Below the pieces are notes generated by a model that made no database searches, was not told the DNA's origin, and saw only the letters and a program-made list of their open reading frames with translations. This document shows positions 38,385 to 52,140 of a stretch of DNA of 64,000 nucleotides, one piece after another. Source of the stretch: Camelus ferus. Lineage: Eukaryota. Position 1 is the first letter of the stretch. The number at the start of each line of letters is the position of its first letter. The DNA lies in assembly GCF_009834535.1 (NCBI RefSeq), contig NC_045696.1:48920001-48984000 (forward strand), in the 5' to 3' direction. Made by a program: the position numbers and the translations under genes.

Positions 38385-41300
38385 CTATTGCCAGTCAAAA
38401 TCTAGGAGCTGACTATAGCCTGACTCCTCAACTGATTACAACTACAATCTCTGGACTAAAATGCAAAATGTAGTTACTTAAATAAGCAGATTGGGGAGGG
38501 AAAGTCAAAGCTAGAGGAAGGAATACACATAAGTGTGACTTTCCCAGGATTTTTCTCCTCTTTTCCCTCATGATAGAAAGGTGAGAGTATACCCCGGTCA
38601 TAGCAAAACCTAATCTTTTGTGTCAGTGAACAGGGCTAAAGGTCCTCTGTAAGATAGAAAGTATAGAGGAATCCAATAGAAGAGAAAGCTGAAGAAGGGA
38701 ATTTTCTATATTCTATGCATAAATCAGCCAAAGTCCTAAGCTTACCTCTGAGCTGTAAGAGCATAGGAAAGATCCAAAGTAACAGAAAAAGCTTTGAGAC
38801 TTGAACTACAATATAAAGCATGATCCTAATTCCTGACTGATCCCTGCATGGCACATGAGTGGCACAGACCCAAAGCAATGTGGCAGAGGCTTGAAAACTA
38901 ACCTGATATTTAAACCACTACTAAATAAGGTAAGAAAAGAAACTGTTATCCAACCCTAAATAGGTTAAATGCCTGCCAAAACCACAACAAAGTCAACATT
39001 GTCAATAGAATTTTAACAGAACCCAGACTCTCAAAATATAATGTTTGAAGTGTACAGTATATATCCAAAAATACTCAACATGCAAAAATCCAGGACAATA
39101 TAATGAAGTATTAAGGTCAAAAAAAATAATTAACAGTTGCCAAATATAAAACAACCCAATTGTTGGAATTGCACAGCAATTTTACAGCAGATAATATGAT
39201 TATTGTTCCATTAATTAAAAGTAAATGCACTTGAAATAAATGGGAAAACAGAAATTTTCAGCAGAAAATTAAAGTAAAAATGAAAACTTTAGAACTGAAA
39301 AAACATAATATGTAAATTATTCTTAATTCACTTATGAGTTCAACAGAATAGAGACAACAGAAGATAATCTGGGAACTTGGAAATAGATCAACAGAAACTA
39401 TCCCAATGGAGAAGAGTATATTGGAAAAATGTAACAGTTTTAGGTCCCTGTGGGACAATATCAAAAGTTCTAACATTCTTGTCACAGGAGTCCTTTAAGG
39501 AGAGAGAAAGAAAGTGGTACAGAAAACAATACTTGAAGAAATATTGGCTAAAATATCCCCCAAATTAATGAAAGACATAGATTGAGAGATTCAAGAAGCT
39601 CAGTAAACCCTAAACAAGATAAACTCAGACGTGAAATACCATGTTCAGATATATCATAATCAAACTGCTAAGTATCAAAGATAAAGAAAAAAATCTTTAA
39701 AGTAGTGAGAGAAAAATGATAAATTACATATACGGGGCAACAATTCAAATGAAGGCAGTTTTCTCACTAGAAAACAGTAAAGGAAATAGAATGCTAGAGA
39801 AGAGTAAAGCAATCTTGTAGATACTGAAAGAAAAGAACTGTGAACCCAAAAATTTATAGCCAATGAAAACATTCATTAGACATAAAGGTGAAATAAAGAT
39901 ATTACTAGATGAAAGAAAACTAAGAGAATCTGTTTGCAATAGATCTACCCCAAATAATATACTAAGGGAATTTCTTCCTATTTAAGGAAAGTAATGCCAA
40001 TCCTATACAATCTCTTCCAGAAAACTCTTCCCAAATTATTTTATTAGGCCAGAATTACCCTGATATCAAACCAGACACCAACACCAAAAGAAAACTACAG
40101 ATCAATATCCCTCATAAACATAAGATACAAAACTCCTAAACAAAATAATATGAAATTGAATCCAGCAACATGTTGCTGGAGAAGATAATACATCTTCTCA
40201 ACTAAGTGGTCTCTGTCTCAAAATGAAAAGCGGGGCAAACAACCGAAAATCAATCAATATAATTCACTGTACCAACATTCTGGAGATTAAGAAATATATG
40301 ATCATCTCAAAAGTTACAAAAAAAATTTTCAACTTGCATTCATGATCTCACTAAGTGAGGAATACATGAGAAATTCCCTAGTTTGACAAAGGTCATTGTG
40401 ATGGTTAATATTATTTGTCACTTTGTACAAAAGAATGTCCAGATTAAACATTATTTCTGGGTGTGTCTGCGAGGGTGTTTCCAGATAAGATTAGCATCTG
40501 AATCAGTGGACTTGTAAAATAGATTTCTCCCATGCTGATGTGGTAGGTATCATCCAATCCTGGCCTGAACAGGACAAAAAGGTGGCAGAAGGCGGAATTC
40601 ACCCTTTTTGTTTCCTGCCTGTTTGCTTGAGCCATCAGTCTCCTTTTGCCCTTGGACTGGAATTTACACCACTTCCTGGTTCTCTGGCCTTCAGACTGGG
40701 ACTAGAATTCACCACCAGCTTTCCTATGTCTCCAGCTTGCAAGGCCATAGGACCTCTCAGATCTTCATTATCGTGAGAGCCAATTCCTCCTAATAAATCT
40801 CTCTAGATAGAGTTATAGATATAAATAGGCATATAGGTATCCATATCTATATAAGCATATAGGCATATATGCCTATCTATGTCTATACCTACAGAAGAGA
40901 GATCTCCTACTGATTGTTTCCTAGGAGAACCCTGACATACAGTCATCTATCAAAATACATACACACATTGATTAAAAAATTATGGCTAACATAATACTCA
41001 GTGGTGAAGCCTGGATATTTTCCTCCGAATATCAGAAGCAAGGCAAAGAATTAAAAGGAGTACATATTGGCAAGGAGGAAATAAGACTTTATTATCAAAT
41101 ATGATCTTCTACATTAAAAAAAATTTTTAATTTACCAAAAAGCACTTAGCCCTAACAATTATGTTTAACATAGTCACAAAATACAAGGTCAAAAATGTCT
41201 AGGATCAGCATCCTAAAAACTAAAAACACTAAAGAAAGAATCAAAGATTGAAATAATGGAGAGATAAATCATGTTGTTCATTAATTGGAGAATTCAGTAT

Positions 41301-42790
41301 CACTAGGATGTCAGTTCTCCCTAGACTGATCAATAAGTTCATTACAAACTTAGTCAAATTCCCAGCAGGATTATTTTGCACATATTGACAAACTGTTTAT
41401 AAAATATATATGGTTAGGCAAAGGGACTAAAACAAACTTTTCTGAAAAACATGAAAGTTACATACGATCTGATTTCAAGATTTACTATAAAAGCCATAGT
41501 AATGAAGACAGTGTAGTACTCCTGAAAGGACAGACACACAGGTCAGAGGAACAGAACAGCAAGTGCAGAAATTGGCCCACATGACTACCGTCAGTTGGCT
41601 CTGACAGTAGTGCGAAACAAATCTGACAGGGAAATGATAGTCTACTACACAAATGGTGGTAGAACAATTAAATACATACACACAGAAAAGAAAAACCCAA
41701 TACACACCTCAAACCTTATGTAAAAATTAGCTCAAATTAATACATATACCTATATGTAAAAGCTAAAATTATAAAATTTACAGAAGGAAGTGTAAAAGAA
41801 AAACTTTGTGCCATGGGTTAAACAAAGGAATTTTAGATATACCAAAAGCACAATCTATGGAAGAAAACAATTAAAAATTGACCTTATCAAAATATAAACT
41901 TTGCCCTGTTAAGAGGATGAAAAACAAACCACACACTGGGAGGAAATATTTGCCAATCACATATTTGATGAAGGACTTGACCCAGAACACATAAAGAATT
42001 CTGAAAACTCGATAATAAGAAAACAAAACCCCATTTTTAAAATGGGATAGAGGTTTGAATATTTCACCAAAGAAGAATATGGATCCCAATAACCATGTGA
42101 CAGAATGCTCAACATCACTACTCATCAAGGGAATACATATTAAAACCACAATGAGATACCATTACACGTCTATTAAAGTGGCTTTAAAATACTGTCAATG
42201 TCAAGTGCTGATGAGGATGGAGAGCGACTCATACTTTGCTTGTGAGAATGAAAAATAGTATGGCCACTTTGGAAAACACCTTGCCAGTTTGTTATATGTC
42301 TAATCTAAATATTTATGATACAGCAATCCTACTCCTAGGTATTTACCCAAGAGAAATGAAACTTATGTTTACACAAAAACCTATATGAATGTTTTAGCAT
42401 TCTGTTCATAATTGCTGAAAACTGGAAGCAACTCAGATGTCCTTCAGTCCATAAATGGATGAGCAAACTCTGGTGTGTTCATATCATAAAATGCTAATCA
42501 ATGATAAAAGGGCAACAATATGAGTATATTTGAAATTGTTCCATCGTATGAGATCATGGAAAAGACAAAATGACGATTACTAGTTAATGAAAAATTAGTG
42601 ATTGCCAGTTTGGGGTGGTGGAGGGATTAACCACAGAGGAGAAGTATGGGGAATTTTCTGCGGATGGTGAGGGAACTGCTCTGTATCTTCATTACGGTGG
42701 TAGGTGCACAACTCTAAGCTGTTTTGAAAGCTCACAGAACTATGCATAAGGATGAGTGATTTTTACCGTATATAATTAATAAAATATTTT
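38385..42790 (+). mobile_element. Old, internally deleted near-full-length L1M (5' UTR, ORF1, ORF2 parts, 3' UTR)
   Basis: ORF1 motifs attcaagaagctcagtaaaccctaaacaagataaa; RT motifs ggccagaattaccctgatatcaaaccagac and aactacagatcaatatccctc; ORF2 end aaaccacaatgagataccattacac and cctaggtatttacccaagagaaatgaaa. Confidence 0.92.
40397..40941 (+). mobile_element. MLT2-type ERVL solo LTR nested in L1 ORF2
   Basis: TG...CA ends (tgtgatggttaat...ggagaaccctgacataca), perfect 5-bp TSD gtcat, AATAAA followed by an (AT)-rich microsatellite. Confidence 0.92.
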
Positions 42791-42791
42791 A

Positions 42792-42937
42792 CGTTATGGT
42801 AGCTCACAGAGAAAAAAATGTGACAATGAGTGTGTATATGTCCATGTATGACTGAAAAATTGTGCTGAACACTGGAATTTGACACAACATTGTAAAATGA
42901 TTATAAATCAATAAAAAATGTTAAAAAAAAATAAAAA
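42792..42937 (+). mobile_element. Very young, severely 5'-truncated L1 3' end
   Basis: gtagctcacagagaaaaaaatgtgacaatg...gacacaacattgtaaaatgattataaatcaataaaaaatgtt(a)n; perfect 20-bp TSD ataattaataaaatatttta (42772-42791 / 42938-42957). Confidence 0.93.
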
Positions 42938-43359
42938 ATAATTAATAAAATATTTTAAAAGATCATATTTAGAGGAATGTTTAATTACATGGGAAGTTTT
43001 CATTAAAAAATCAAGAAACAAAAGTATTACCCAATTGTGTGAAGAAAGAAAATCAATAGAAAACTATTAGAAAGAAATGCTTCAAAACATTAGCCACAGG
43101 AGCTGTCATGTCAGGATGGACAATTTATAGGTGAATGTTATTTTCTCCTTTCTTCTTACTTTTCCCCAAACTATCTACAAAGAACATATATTGATTTTAA
43201 AAATCAAAGAAAAATAATCAATGCTATTTAAAATGATCATAGCTGATAATTGTCCATTCGATTTCTCCAAATACCCCATAGCTTTCTCAAGTTTGTACAT
43301 GTATACATCTTAAAACTAAATTTAAAAAAAAAAACTAAATCAATCCGCTCCCCACCCCC

Positions 43360-43765
43360 AATTCTTCTCTTCTGTTTATGTCTGCTATCTCAGTGAAAGT
43401 CTTATCATCCATCCAGTCTCCTATTTCCCCAGACTGAAAGTGACCACTGGCCCTTCCCTGTTCTACCCACCTTCCAAATTCCCTGCTGCTTTAACCTCCT
43501 AAATACCTCTGAATTCCCTTATTTCCATCTCCACTGGCAATGCCTAGTCACAGGGGCTAGAGGACTGCAACATTCTCCTATTACATTTCTCTTTGTTTAA
43601 AGTGACCTTTCTCCAATCAAACAACTGCCCTGCTATCAAAGGAGTCTTTGTGGAAAACAAATTTGATCATGTAATTCTTCTGCTTAAAACATACTGGCTA
43701 CCTATTGCCTGTGGAATGAAGTTCAAGATTCCTAGTGTGATGTACAAAGTCCTTCGTTACATTTA
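43360..43765 (+). mobile_element. L2 fragment
   Basis: ctatctcagtgaaag...catccatccagtc...aaatttgatcatgtaattcttctgcttaaaac. Confidence 0.75.
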
Positions 43766-45239
43766 ATATTTCATTAATGTTTTATAATTAAATTAATAAA
43801 TGAATGGGCAAATAGGACACTGTTATACTTGGAAGATAAATTCGCAGAAGATACGATATAAATAGATTTGTTCAGGACCCTTCACCCCTATTCCCCCTAC
43901 TCCCTTAACTTGCAAGCTTCTCTTATGTTTCTGGGAAAAGAAGTTAAGCCAGTATGAAATGCCTGCAGAAGAGGTTCTGTTCTCAGGAAAATCAATCAGC
44001 TCAGTACTTATTCTACATTCTGTTCTTTTCAACTTTCTCCCCTCAGGAGTTTATTGGGGAAGGAGATCCAGAAACTAACCTGCACAATTGTCCACTGTCA
44101 ACATTCATACCTCTCTAAGCACTCTTATGAAGAAGAGATAAACTAAAGAATGACAGAAATGTATCTTTATTTTCTATGCAAAGGGAAAAATTAAGGTTGC
44201 TATGTGCTTTATAATTCTACTTATAATGACGTGGCATTTATACTTTGGTCTATGAAAACAGCATTTCCCATACTTATTTCCATTTGCAACAACATGGTCT
44301 GATGAGATCATCATAAAAATTTGATAGCTGTAAGGTATCATATCAAATCAAATACTGCCTGTTTGTATTATATGTTTTGACTTCAGTGTAGATGTGGAAA
44401 CGAAAGAGAAGCATTTATCAAAATTAGATGTCATATCAAGGCAAGAAATATGCCCAAGACAATAGTCTATTCCATTAGAGTGGCATTTAGGTTCTAGAGT
44501 CCCCATTGTGGCTTTTCCTTACCTAATGAATGCTGGAATAAACAGATCTTTGTTTATTACACACTTCTTGGAAAACTTTGTGGTGGTCATCTCAAAACAT
44601 GTGCTTTCCCAGGAAGTAGGGGCCTCAGAATTGTAAATAGATATTTCATATGTCATTCAATGGACTTTGTTTCATTCAGGCTTAACTTTATTGTGTTTTA
44701 TAGCAAATAATATTTTGTAATTCAATTAAATTACACATGTGATCTTTTATATTATTTTCCCTTGGATATTTCATAAAAAGGAAAGTAGTAAGTAGAAGAT
44801 CAACATATACATATAGAGTGAAGATTTATTCAAATAAATTTATTCATGATGGCATAGAATTTTAGCATTTGAACTAGGATTATAATTATCCTTTGCTATA
44901 CTGTGATGTCAAAATGTAGGAGGTAGAAAATTATTTTAATGTATGTTATTTAACAATGACAATTACTAGTTTTTAAGTCAGAAAAGTATAAAGAAAACAA
45001 AATGACCCGTAAGTCCAGCTAGTGACTATCATTAATAAATAAAATAATTAATTAATTTAAAACTAATACATTCACAATTGAAGAATATTCAAATATAGAA
45101 TGAAATGTAAAAAATACTTCTCTTTTTCCACCACAGGTTTACTATTCTAAATACAATAAGTTAATATCTTTTGAAACTATCAAAAATATTTCTCCAAAAG
45201 AAACGTACACTCTGTTGCACTTTGATTTTTTTTAATCTC

Positions 45240-47495
45240 TAACTTTTGTCCTACTAATGTACTTCTTTGTTTTGTTTTTCGTTGTTCTAGCATATAGCTT
45301 TCATGCATCACAGTATACACCAAGTAACATTAAGCCACATCATGTATATTTCACACATCCTGTCCTCTTTACTCTTGTCATACATTTCTTCATATGTTAT
45401 AGAGTTTTATTATCTTGTTTAAAATAGTCAGTTATCTGTCAAAAATATTAAAAATGAGAAAAATATCTTTTATAGGTCCCACATACTTAGAATTTTCAGT
45501 ATTCTTCATTTTATGACATGACTTCAAACTTCCATCTTGTATAATTTTCTTTAACCCGAAGTTAAAGGTAGTGCAAATTTGCTAATAATTCTCTCAGCTT
45601 TTATTTATCTAAAAAGTCTCTCCTTTCATTTTTGAAAGATTCTTTTGCAAGTACAAAATTCTACATTGACAAATTTTTCATTCAGAATTTTAACGGTGTA
45701 ACTACCTTGTCTCTTGGCTTGCAAAACTTCTGACAAGAAATCATTTGCAGTTTGTTTATCTGTATGTGGTGAATCCTTTTCCTCTGACTGCTTTCAAATT
45801 TTTCTTTGTTATTTGTTTTTAGCAATTTGATTGCAATCTTTGGTGTGGTTTTCTCCTGCTCAGATTCACTGAGTGGATTTAATCTGTGGGTTTATAGTTT
45901 TCACCAAATTTCAAACATTATTAACTATTATTTCTCCAGGTATTTTTCTACGTCTTCACCCAATTACACGTAAGTTAAATTGCATTATTTTATTTTACAT
46001 CTCACCTATCCTGTGTTCATTTTGTCCAGTCATTTTTCCTCTCTGTATTTCATTTTAAATAGTTTCTATTGGTATGTCTTCAAATTCACTGATCTTTTCT
46101 TCGAGTGTCTGATCTCTTGTTAACCTCATTTATAATGGACTGACTTGTGCCCCACTCAAAATTATATATTGAAGTCCTAACCCCCAGTACCTTATAATGT
46201 GACTGTATTGGGACAAAGGGTCTTTCTTTAAAGAGGTAATCAAGGTTAAATGTGGTCATTGAGTTGGACCCTAATCCAATATGACTGGTGTCCTTTAAGA
46301 AGAGGAGATTAGAAAACAGAGGAAAAGCCATGTGAAGATACCATAAGAAGATGACTGTCTGTGAAGCAGACAGCTTGCCAGCCTTGCCAACAGCTTGATC
46401 TTGGACTTCTAGCTTCCAGAATTATGAGAAAGTAAACTTCTCTGGTTTAAGCCACTTTATTATGGGAGCCCTAGCAAACTAATTAATACTCTATCTAATC
46501 TATATTTTTCATTCCAAATATTGTTTTCCATCTGCAGAAGTTGTATTGGGATCTTTTCAAATTTTTCCATTTCTCCCCTCATCATGGCTTTTCCCTATGT
46601 TCTTGAACATATGGAGCGTATTTATAATACCTGTTTTAATGCCTTTGTCTCCTAATTCCATCGTCCGTGTTATTTCTAGGTCTGTATCTATTCCTTGATT
46701 TTTATCATGATAGATCATATTTTCCTGCTTCTTTGTATGTCTGGGAACTTTTCGCTGGACAATATACATTTTGAATGTTAATGCAACATTGTCCTGGATG
46801 TTGTTATATTTTTAAAAATAGCGTTTGACTTTATTGTTGTGTGTTGTTAAGTTATTTAGAGTCATTTCTGCCCCTCTGAGCCTTGTTTATAAGGTTAGGT
46901 CAGGTCCAGAGCAGCTCATAGTCTAGGATATTTTAGCCCATGTATAAAGCAATGCCTCTTGAGAATCTACCAAATGTCCTGTGTATTAAGAGATCTTTCC
47001 ACTTTGCTGCTGAAATCACAAACTCTACTCAGCCCCATGTAAACTCCAAGAATTGTTAAGCCCACTGCCTTCCAGATGTTCTTTCCCCAGCCTTGGGTAA
47101 TTTTCCTCCTGTACATATACAGACTGGTACTCACTTAAAATGCCCCCACTACAGATATCTGGAGCTCCGTCTTTGTGTAACTCCTTTCTTTCTGGTATTC
47201 TGACAGTTTTCTAACCACCTTGATCTTATCTAATTAGAATTTCTGCCTCCTGAATTCAGTAAAATCTCCAGGTGTTGCAACCTGAAAATTACCTCCAACA
47301 GATAACAAGAACTTAAGGTTCACCTACCCCATTTGTTTCCTTCTTTCGAGGATCAAAATTATATGTGCTCTGTGGTCCAATTGTGGTCTCAAAAACTACA
47401 GTTTCATATACTTTGTCCAGTTTTCCATTTGTTTAAGGATGGGAGGACTATCTCCTCCCTATCATTTCATTATGGCCTGAGGTGGAAATCCACAT
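45240..47495 (-). mobile_element. Old L1M 5' UTR and ORF1, interrupted by MLT1A
   Basis: ORF 46557..46769 (-) resembles the ORF1 start; aattctctcagcttttattt, ttctgacaagaaatc and gtcttcaaattcactgatc are antisense ORF1 motifs. Confidence 0.85.
46131..46489 (+). mobile_element. MLT1A-like MaLR solo LTR
   Basis: taatggactgacttgtgccc...gaagtcctaacccccagtac...cctaatccaatatgactggtgtcc...ggacttctagcttccagaa. Confidence 0.9.
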
Positions 47496-47499
47496 TTGC

Positions 47500-49400
47500 A
47501 TTCTGAATTTTTCATATTATTATACTTAAACTAACTCATTTACAGCAGGTGTACAATATTCCATGGGATGAATATAATGAATTGATTAAGAAAGCCCATA
47601 GTAAAACTAGCATTTTCCTATTAAAAATAGTGTTACAATAAGCATTCTTATGCTTACAACATAGAATAATTTTGTGATATTTTGTTTTATAGGCCAACTT
47701 CCTAGAATAGATTTTCTGGACCACAGGGTATGAATATTCTAAAATACATATTTCCTAATTCCCCTCTAAAACTTTGCAAAATTAACACTACTCCCAGTAG
47801 TATAGAGAAGCATAAATTTTCCCCAGCATAAGAAAATTAACCTTTACCAATCTGAGAGAAATGTGTCTTTTGTTTTGATTTCCACTTATTTGATTATGAG
47901 TAAGGTTGGGCATATTTTGTATTTTACAAACTATTTATTTTTATTTTCTGTCATTTGACCTTTTTTTAAGTATGTCTGAGCTAATTGTGCATAATATATT
48001 TAGTCTATACCATATTTTTGCAACTACTTTCACAATTTTATTTGTCTTTTAACTTTGTGTTATTTATAACATGCAGAAATATTGAATATTTATGCAATCA
48101 AAATCTTCAATATTTTCCATTTATGGTTTTGGGTTTTGTGGTTTTCCCTGCAACCCTCCTCAAACATACATTTTTACATCTTCTCTTATAAAACTTCACA
48201 GTTTAATTTTTAAATTTTTGCTAATTTAAACTTTATTTTGGTGCAAGGAGTAAAGTAGAAATTCCAGATTTTTTCCAAATAATTATCAAGCTGTTTTAAC
48301 TTTATTGACTCCCTTTTTCTATCACTGATTTCATCTACCACATTTATCATTAAAAGAAAATCCTTTTTATGGACTTTATATCCATGGATTTGTCTGGACA
48401 TAATTTTCTGTCTAGTATCAGATTGTTTCCATTATTGTAACTTGTTAAGTTTCAATATGAATTTTATGAACTTATGTTCATTAATTTTCTGGATATATAT
48501 TTTCCTTTACATGAAGCATTTAAGTTTCAATATTTGATAGAACTGATACCTGTCTACCTCTACCTATTTTTTCCTTTAAAAAATATCCTGGATATCAGGA
48601 CAGACATTTTTCCAAATGAACTTTATTTTTAATCAAAATGTATAGAATAATTTATGAAAATTTATACCTTGTAACATCAGTTGTGCTATCAAAAAAAGTA
48701 GTTTAAGTTTCCATTTACTTTAGCCTTCTCTTACATTCCTCATAATATTGTAAACTGTTCTAAAAATAATTCTGTATAATACTATACTACTACTCATATA
48801 TGTTTTCTGCTAAGCTTATTCCTATATATTCCTATATGTTTTTGATATCTGTATCAATTAGAGAAGACTAAGTTCTGTAATGAGAAATTCCAAATTCCCA
48901 GTGAGTTATCAGGATAAAAACTTTTCTTGTTCACATTAGAATACATTCCAGAATGGAGATCAGCTTTCTATAAAGGATTCAGAGACACAGGCTTTATCCA
49001 CCTTGTGGCTCTGCCTTGGACAGAATCATAAAATTAATCTTCAGCATTTGTCCAGAGAAGGTAGGAAATGTAAGAACTCATGGGGAAATGGTTCCAGGCC
49101 TAAAAAATAGCACACATCACTTCTGTGCACAGTCCATTGGTTAAGGCTAATCCTATAGCTACACCCAGTAAAGAGCTGGGAGATGTTGCCTTCCTCTGGT
49201 CCAAAGAAGAAAACAAAACTATCTGATAAACATAAACATAGTGTCTGGTGCAATAATTATTATAATGGGGAATTTTTCTATTTATCCTTATTTTTGAAAA
49301 TAAGGAATGGACATCAGATTTTGTCAAATTACTTCGAATTATATATTGACCTAATCAATATGCTATTTTCACCTTATATTTAAATATACGTATCATTATG
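47500..49400 (-). mobile_element. Very old L1ME-like ORF2 fragments
   Basis: T-rich antisense L1 motifs (ttttttccaaataattatcaagctg, ttttccaaatgaacttta); highly diverged. Confidence 0.6.
48860..49250 (-). mobile_element. Old MaLR LTR (MLT1-like)
   Basis: gattcagagacacaggcttt...cttgtggctctgcc...cacacatcacttctgtgcacagtccattggttaagg. Confidence 0.65.
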
Positions 49401-50980
49401 AAGTAGAATATATATTTAGCATAACACACATACTTAAAATATACATTTGATGAGTTCTGACATATATGCATACTGAAAAACCATCACCATAATCCAAATA
49501 ATGATTTCATTCACCTCCAAAGTTTCCTCATGCCCTTTTATAATCCATCCTCTCTCCCACATTTGTACCCGGTAATTACTGATATGTTTTCTGTCACGAC
49601 TGATTAGATTGCATTTTCTATAATTTTATATAAATGGAATTATACAGTATATATTCTATCTGGCTGGCTTTTTATATTCATAAAATTTATTTTGATTTTC
49701 ATATATATTGTTGTACATGTTAATAACTATTTCTTACAGTTTCTGAGAAGTAATATATGAATTTACTATGATTTGTTTATCCATTCATCTTTTGTTGGAT
49801 ATTTGGGTCATGCCCATGATTGAACTATTATGAATAATCTACTATAAACATTCATATACAAGTCTTTGGAAATATGCCTTCATTCTCTTGGGTAAGTATA
49901 TAGGACAGAATGGCTGGGTCATGTGGTAGATGTATATTTCATTTTTAAAAAGAGATTTCTTAAGATATATTTTATATACCATTCATCTATTTTAAATGTC
50001 CTATTTAGTGTTTTTTAGCATACTTACAGAGCTGTGCAACCGTGACCACAGTCTAATTTTTAAACATTTTCATCACTCTTTAAAAAAAATACTTAAAGGT
50101 CACTGTTCATTCTCCATTCCCCCATCTCACCATCCTCAGTCCTAGAAAGCCACTAATCTACTTTTCCATCTCAATAGATTTTCCTTTTTCAGACATTTTA
50201 TGCAAATGGAATTATACAAGATGTGGTTTTTTATAACTGGCTACCTCTACTTAGCATAATATTTTCAAGGTTCTTCCATGTTGTAGAACGTATTAGTACT
50301 TCATTCCTTTTTATTGGTGAAGAATATTTCATTGTATGAATGTATCACATTTTATTTATCTATTCATTAGTTTATGGACATTAGGGCAGCTTCCACATTT
50401 TGGCTATTATGAATAATGTTGCTATGAACATCCCCATACAAGACTTTGTAAATATGCTTAATTCTCTTCAGAACATACATAAGAATATAATGGCTGGATT
50501 ATATGCTGTACATATAGTTAACTTTGAAAGAAACTTCTGAACTGTTTTCCAAAGCACTTGCAACATTTTACATTCCCACCAGTAGTTATGAGAGTTCCAA
50601 TTGTTCCACATTTTCATTATCACTTGGTGTGATTAAGATTTTTAATGTTAGTTAATCTAGTGTGTGTTTAATTGAGGTTTCAATTTGCATCTCTATAATA
50701 ACTAATGACATTGAGCACATTTTAATACACTTATTTGCTATCCATACAACATTCTTGGTGAAGTATGTTTTAACTCTTTTGCACATTTTTATTGGGTTAT
50801 TTATCTCCTAATTATTCAGTTGTAAGAATTCCTTATGTAATATAATATTATGGACACAAGTCCTTTGTTGGATTTGTATGTTTTCAAATATTTTAACCTA
50901 GCCTTTGTCTTGCCTTTCCAATATTTAATAGTATACTTTAAAGAACAAATATTTTTTCATTTTTATTATATTTGGATCAT
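49400..50980 (-). mobile_element. Two tandem old L1M 3' ends (about 49400-49950 and 49955-50980)
   Basis: The blocks aaatggaattataca and tattatgaataat...ctat.aacat...catacaag each occur twice; the second element extends into ORF2 (ttacattcccaccagtag). Confidence 0.85.
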
Positions 50981-51649
50981 AGGAAGAAAAAAAAAGTATG
51001 GGACCCTCACTTGTCACATATTTTATAAAGGATAATTCTGGCAAAAAAAAATTAAGAGCAAAGTCAGCCTTGATAACTAAAGTCGGAAAATACACTGAAT
51101 ATAAACTACTTATAGGTAGTATTTGTAGTCTACTCAAGAAAAAAGGTCATGTTGGTTTGGATCATCACTGTAAATCCTAGAGCCAAGCAGACAGAAGGTG
51201 CTCAAAAAAATACTGAATATTGAAAAAAGAAACAGGGAGAAAGGACAGGATAAATAGCAGACTAAAAGGATTACAAGTGAGAGATGCTCCAATTAGTAAT
51301 TGATGCATTTTGGCATTAGGTCCTGGGTCCATCAGGAATATTGATGGAGGAAGGATGGAAGTAAGACCTAAAGGCCTAGCACTGGACCTCCAGGGATTCC
51401 AGGTGGTGAGCCTTGAGACCCAATGGCTCCTCCTGGGGTTTTCTTGGCCCTCAGAAATGAGGGTATATTTGAGAATAACTTATAATACTGGTCTTTTGAA
51501 GATAGTTCAGGGGTCCAAAAGTTATGAATGTAAAAGCACTGAGAGGATCATAGTGTTGGGAGACTTCAGGATTTGAGGATGAGGGAAAAACGGTTAACTT
51601 CTATAGGCTTGTGGAATATGGGACATTGATATTGCTACTTGAATATTCC

Positions 51650-51800
51650 AGAGCCTTGGTTATCACACTTACTTTGTATCAGAATCACCAGGGAGCCTTT
51701 AAAAAACTGCAAAGCCCAGAGGTTCTGAATGAACTGGGATGGTACCCAGGCATCTATATTTTTTGAAGCTCCCAGATGGCCTTTAGGTTAGGTGCACTGG
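51650..51800. mobile_element. MER5-family MITE
   Basis: tatcagaatcaccagggagcctttaaaaa...cccaggcatctatattttttgaagctcccagatg. Confidence 0.7.
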
Positions 51801-51999
51801 TGAATCCTCAGGAATAATGCACTGTGGGTTATGAGGTCTGTGGCTGGATGTAAGAGCATTGGAGAAAAGAACATGGAGTGTTGGGGTGAGAGTATTTGGA
51901 AAGTGGTGGCTGGATAAAGGAGAGTGGGGGTCATTTGCATACTTTTATGCTTTATATATCAAGTGCTGGTTATTTTCCACATCCTTCAGAGGCTAGTAG

Positions 52000-52140
52000 A
52001 TTTGTGAGAAAAGCACAAAATTTGCAATCAGGTACCATGGATTTAAAGTCAGTCTGGTCTACTTACAGACTGACTCACTTTTAATAAGTTACTCAACCTC
52101 TCTCAACCTGATTTTTGTCATCTATAAAAGGAAAATAATC
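52000..52140 (+). mobile_element. MIR
   Basis: aagttactcaacctctctcaacctgatttttgtcatctataaaagg. Confidence 0.65.

Noticed and set aside
40859..40876. Perfect 18-bp palindrome ataggcatatatgcctat
   Set aside because: Lies in the (AT)-rich microsatellite normally found in MLT2 LTRs, where such symmetry arises easily
49400..50520. Local segmental duplication
   Set aside because: The similarity is explained by two diverged L1 3' ends in tandem
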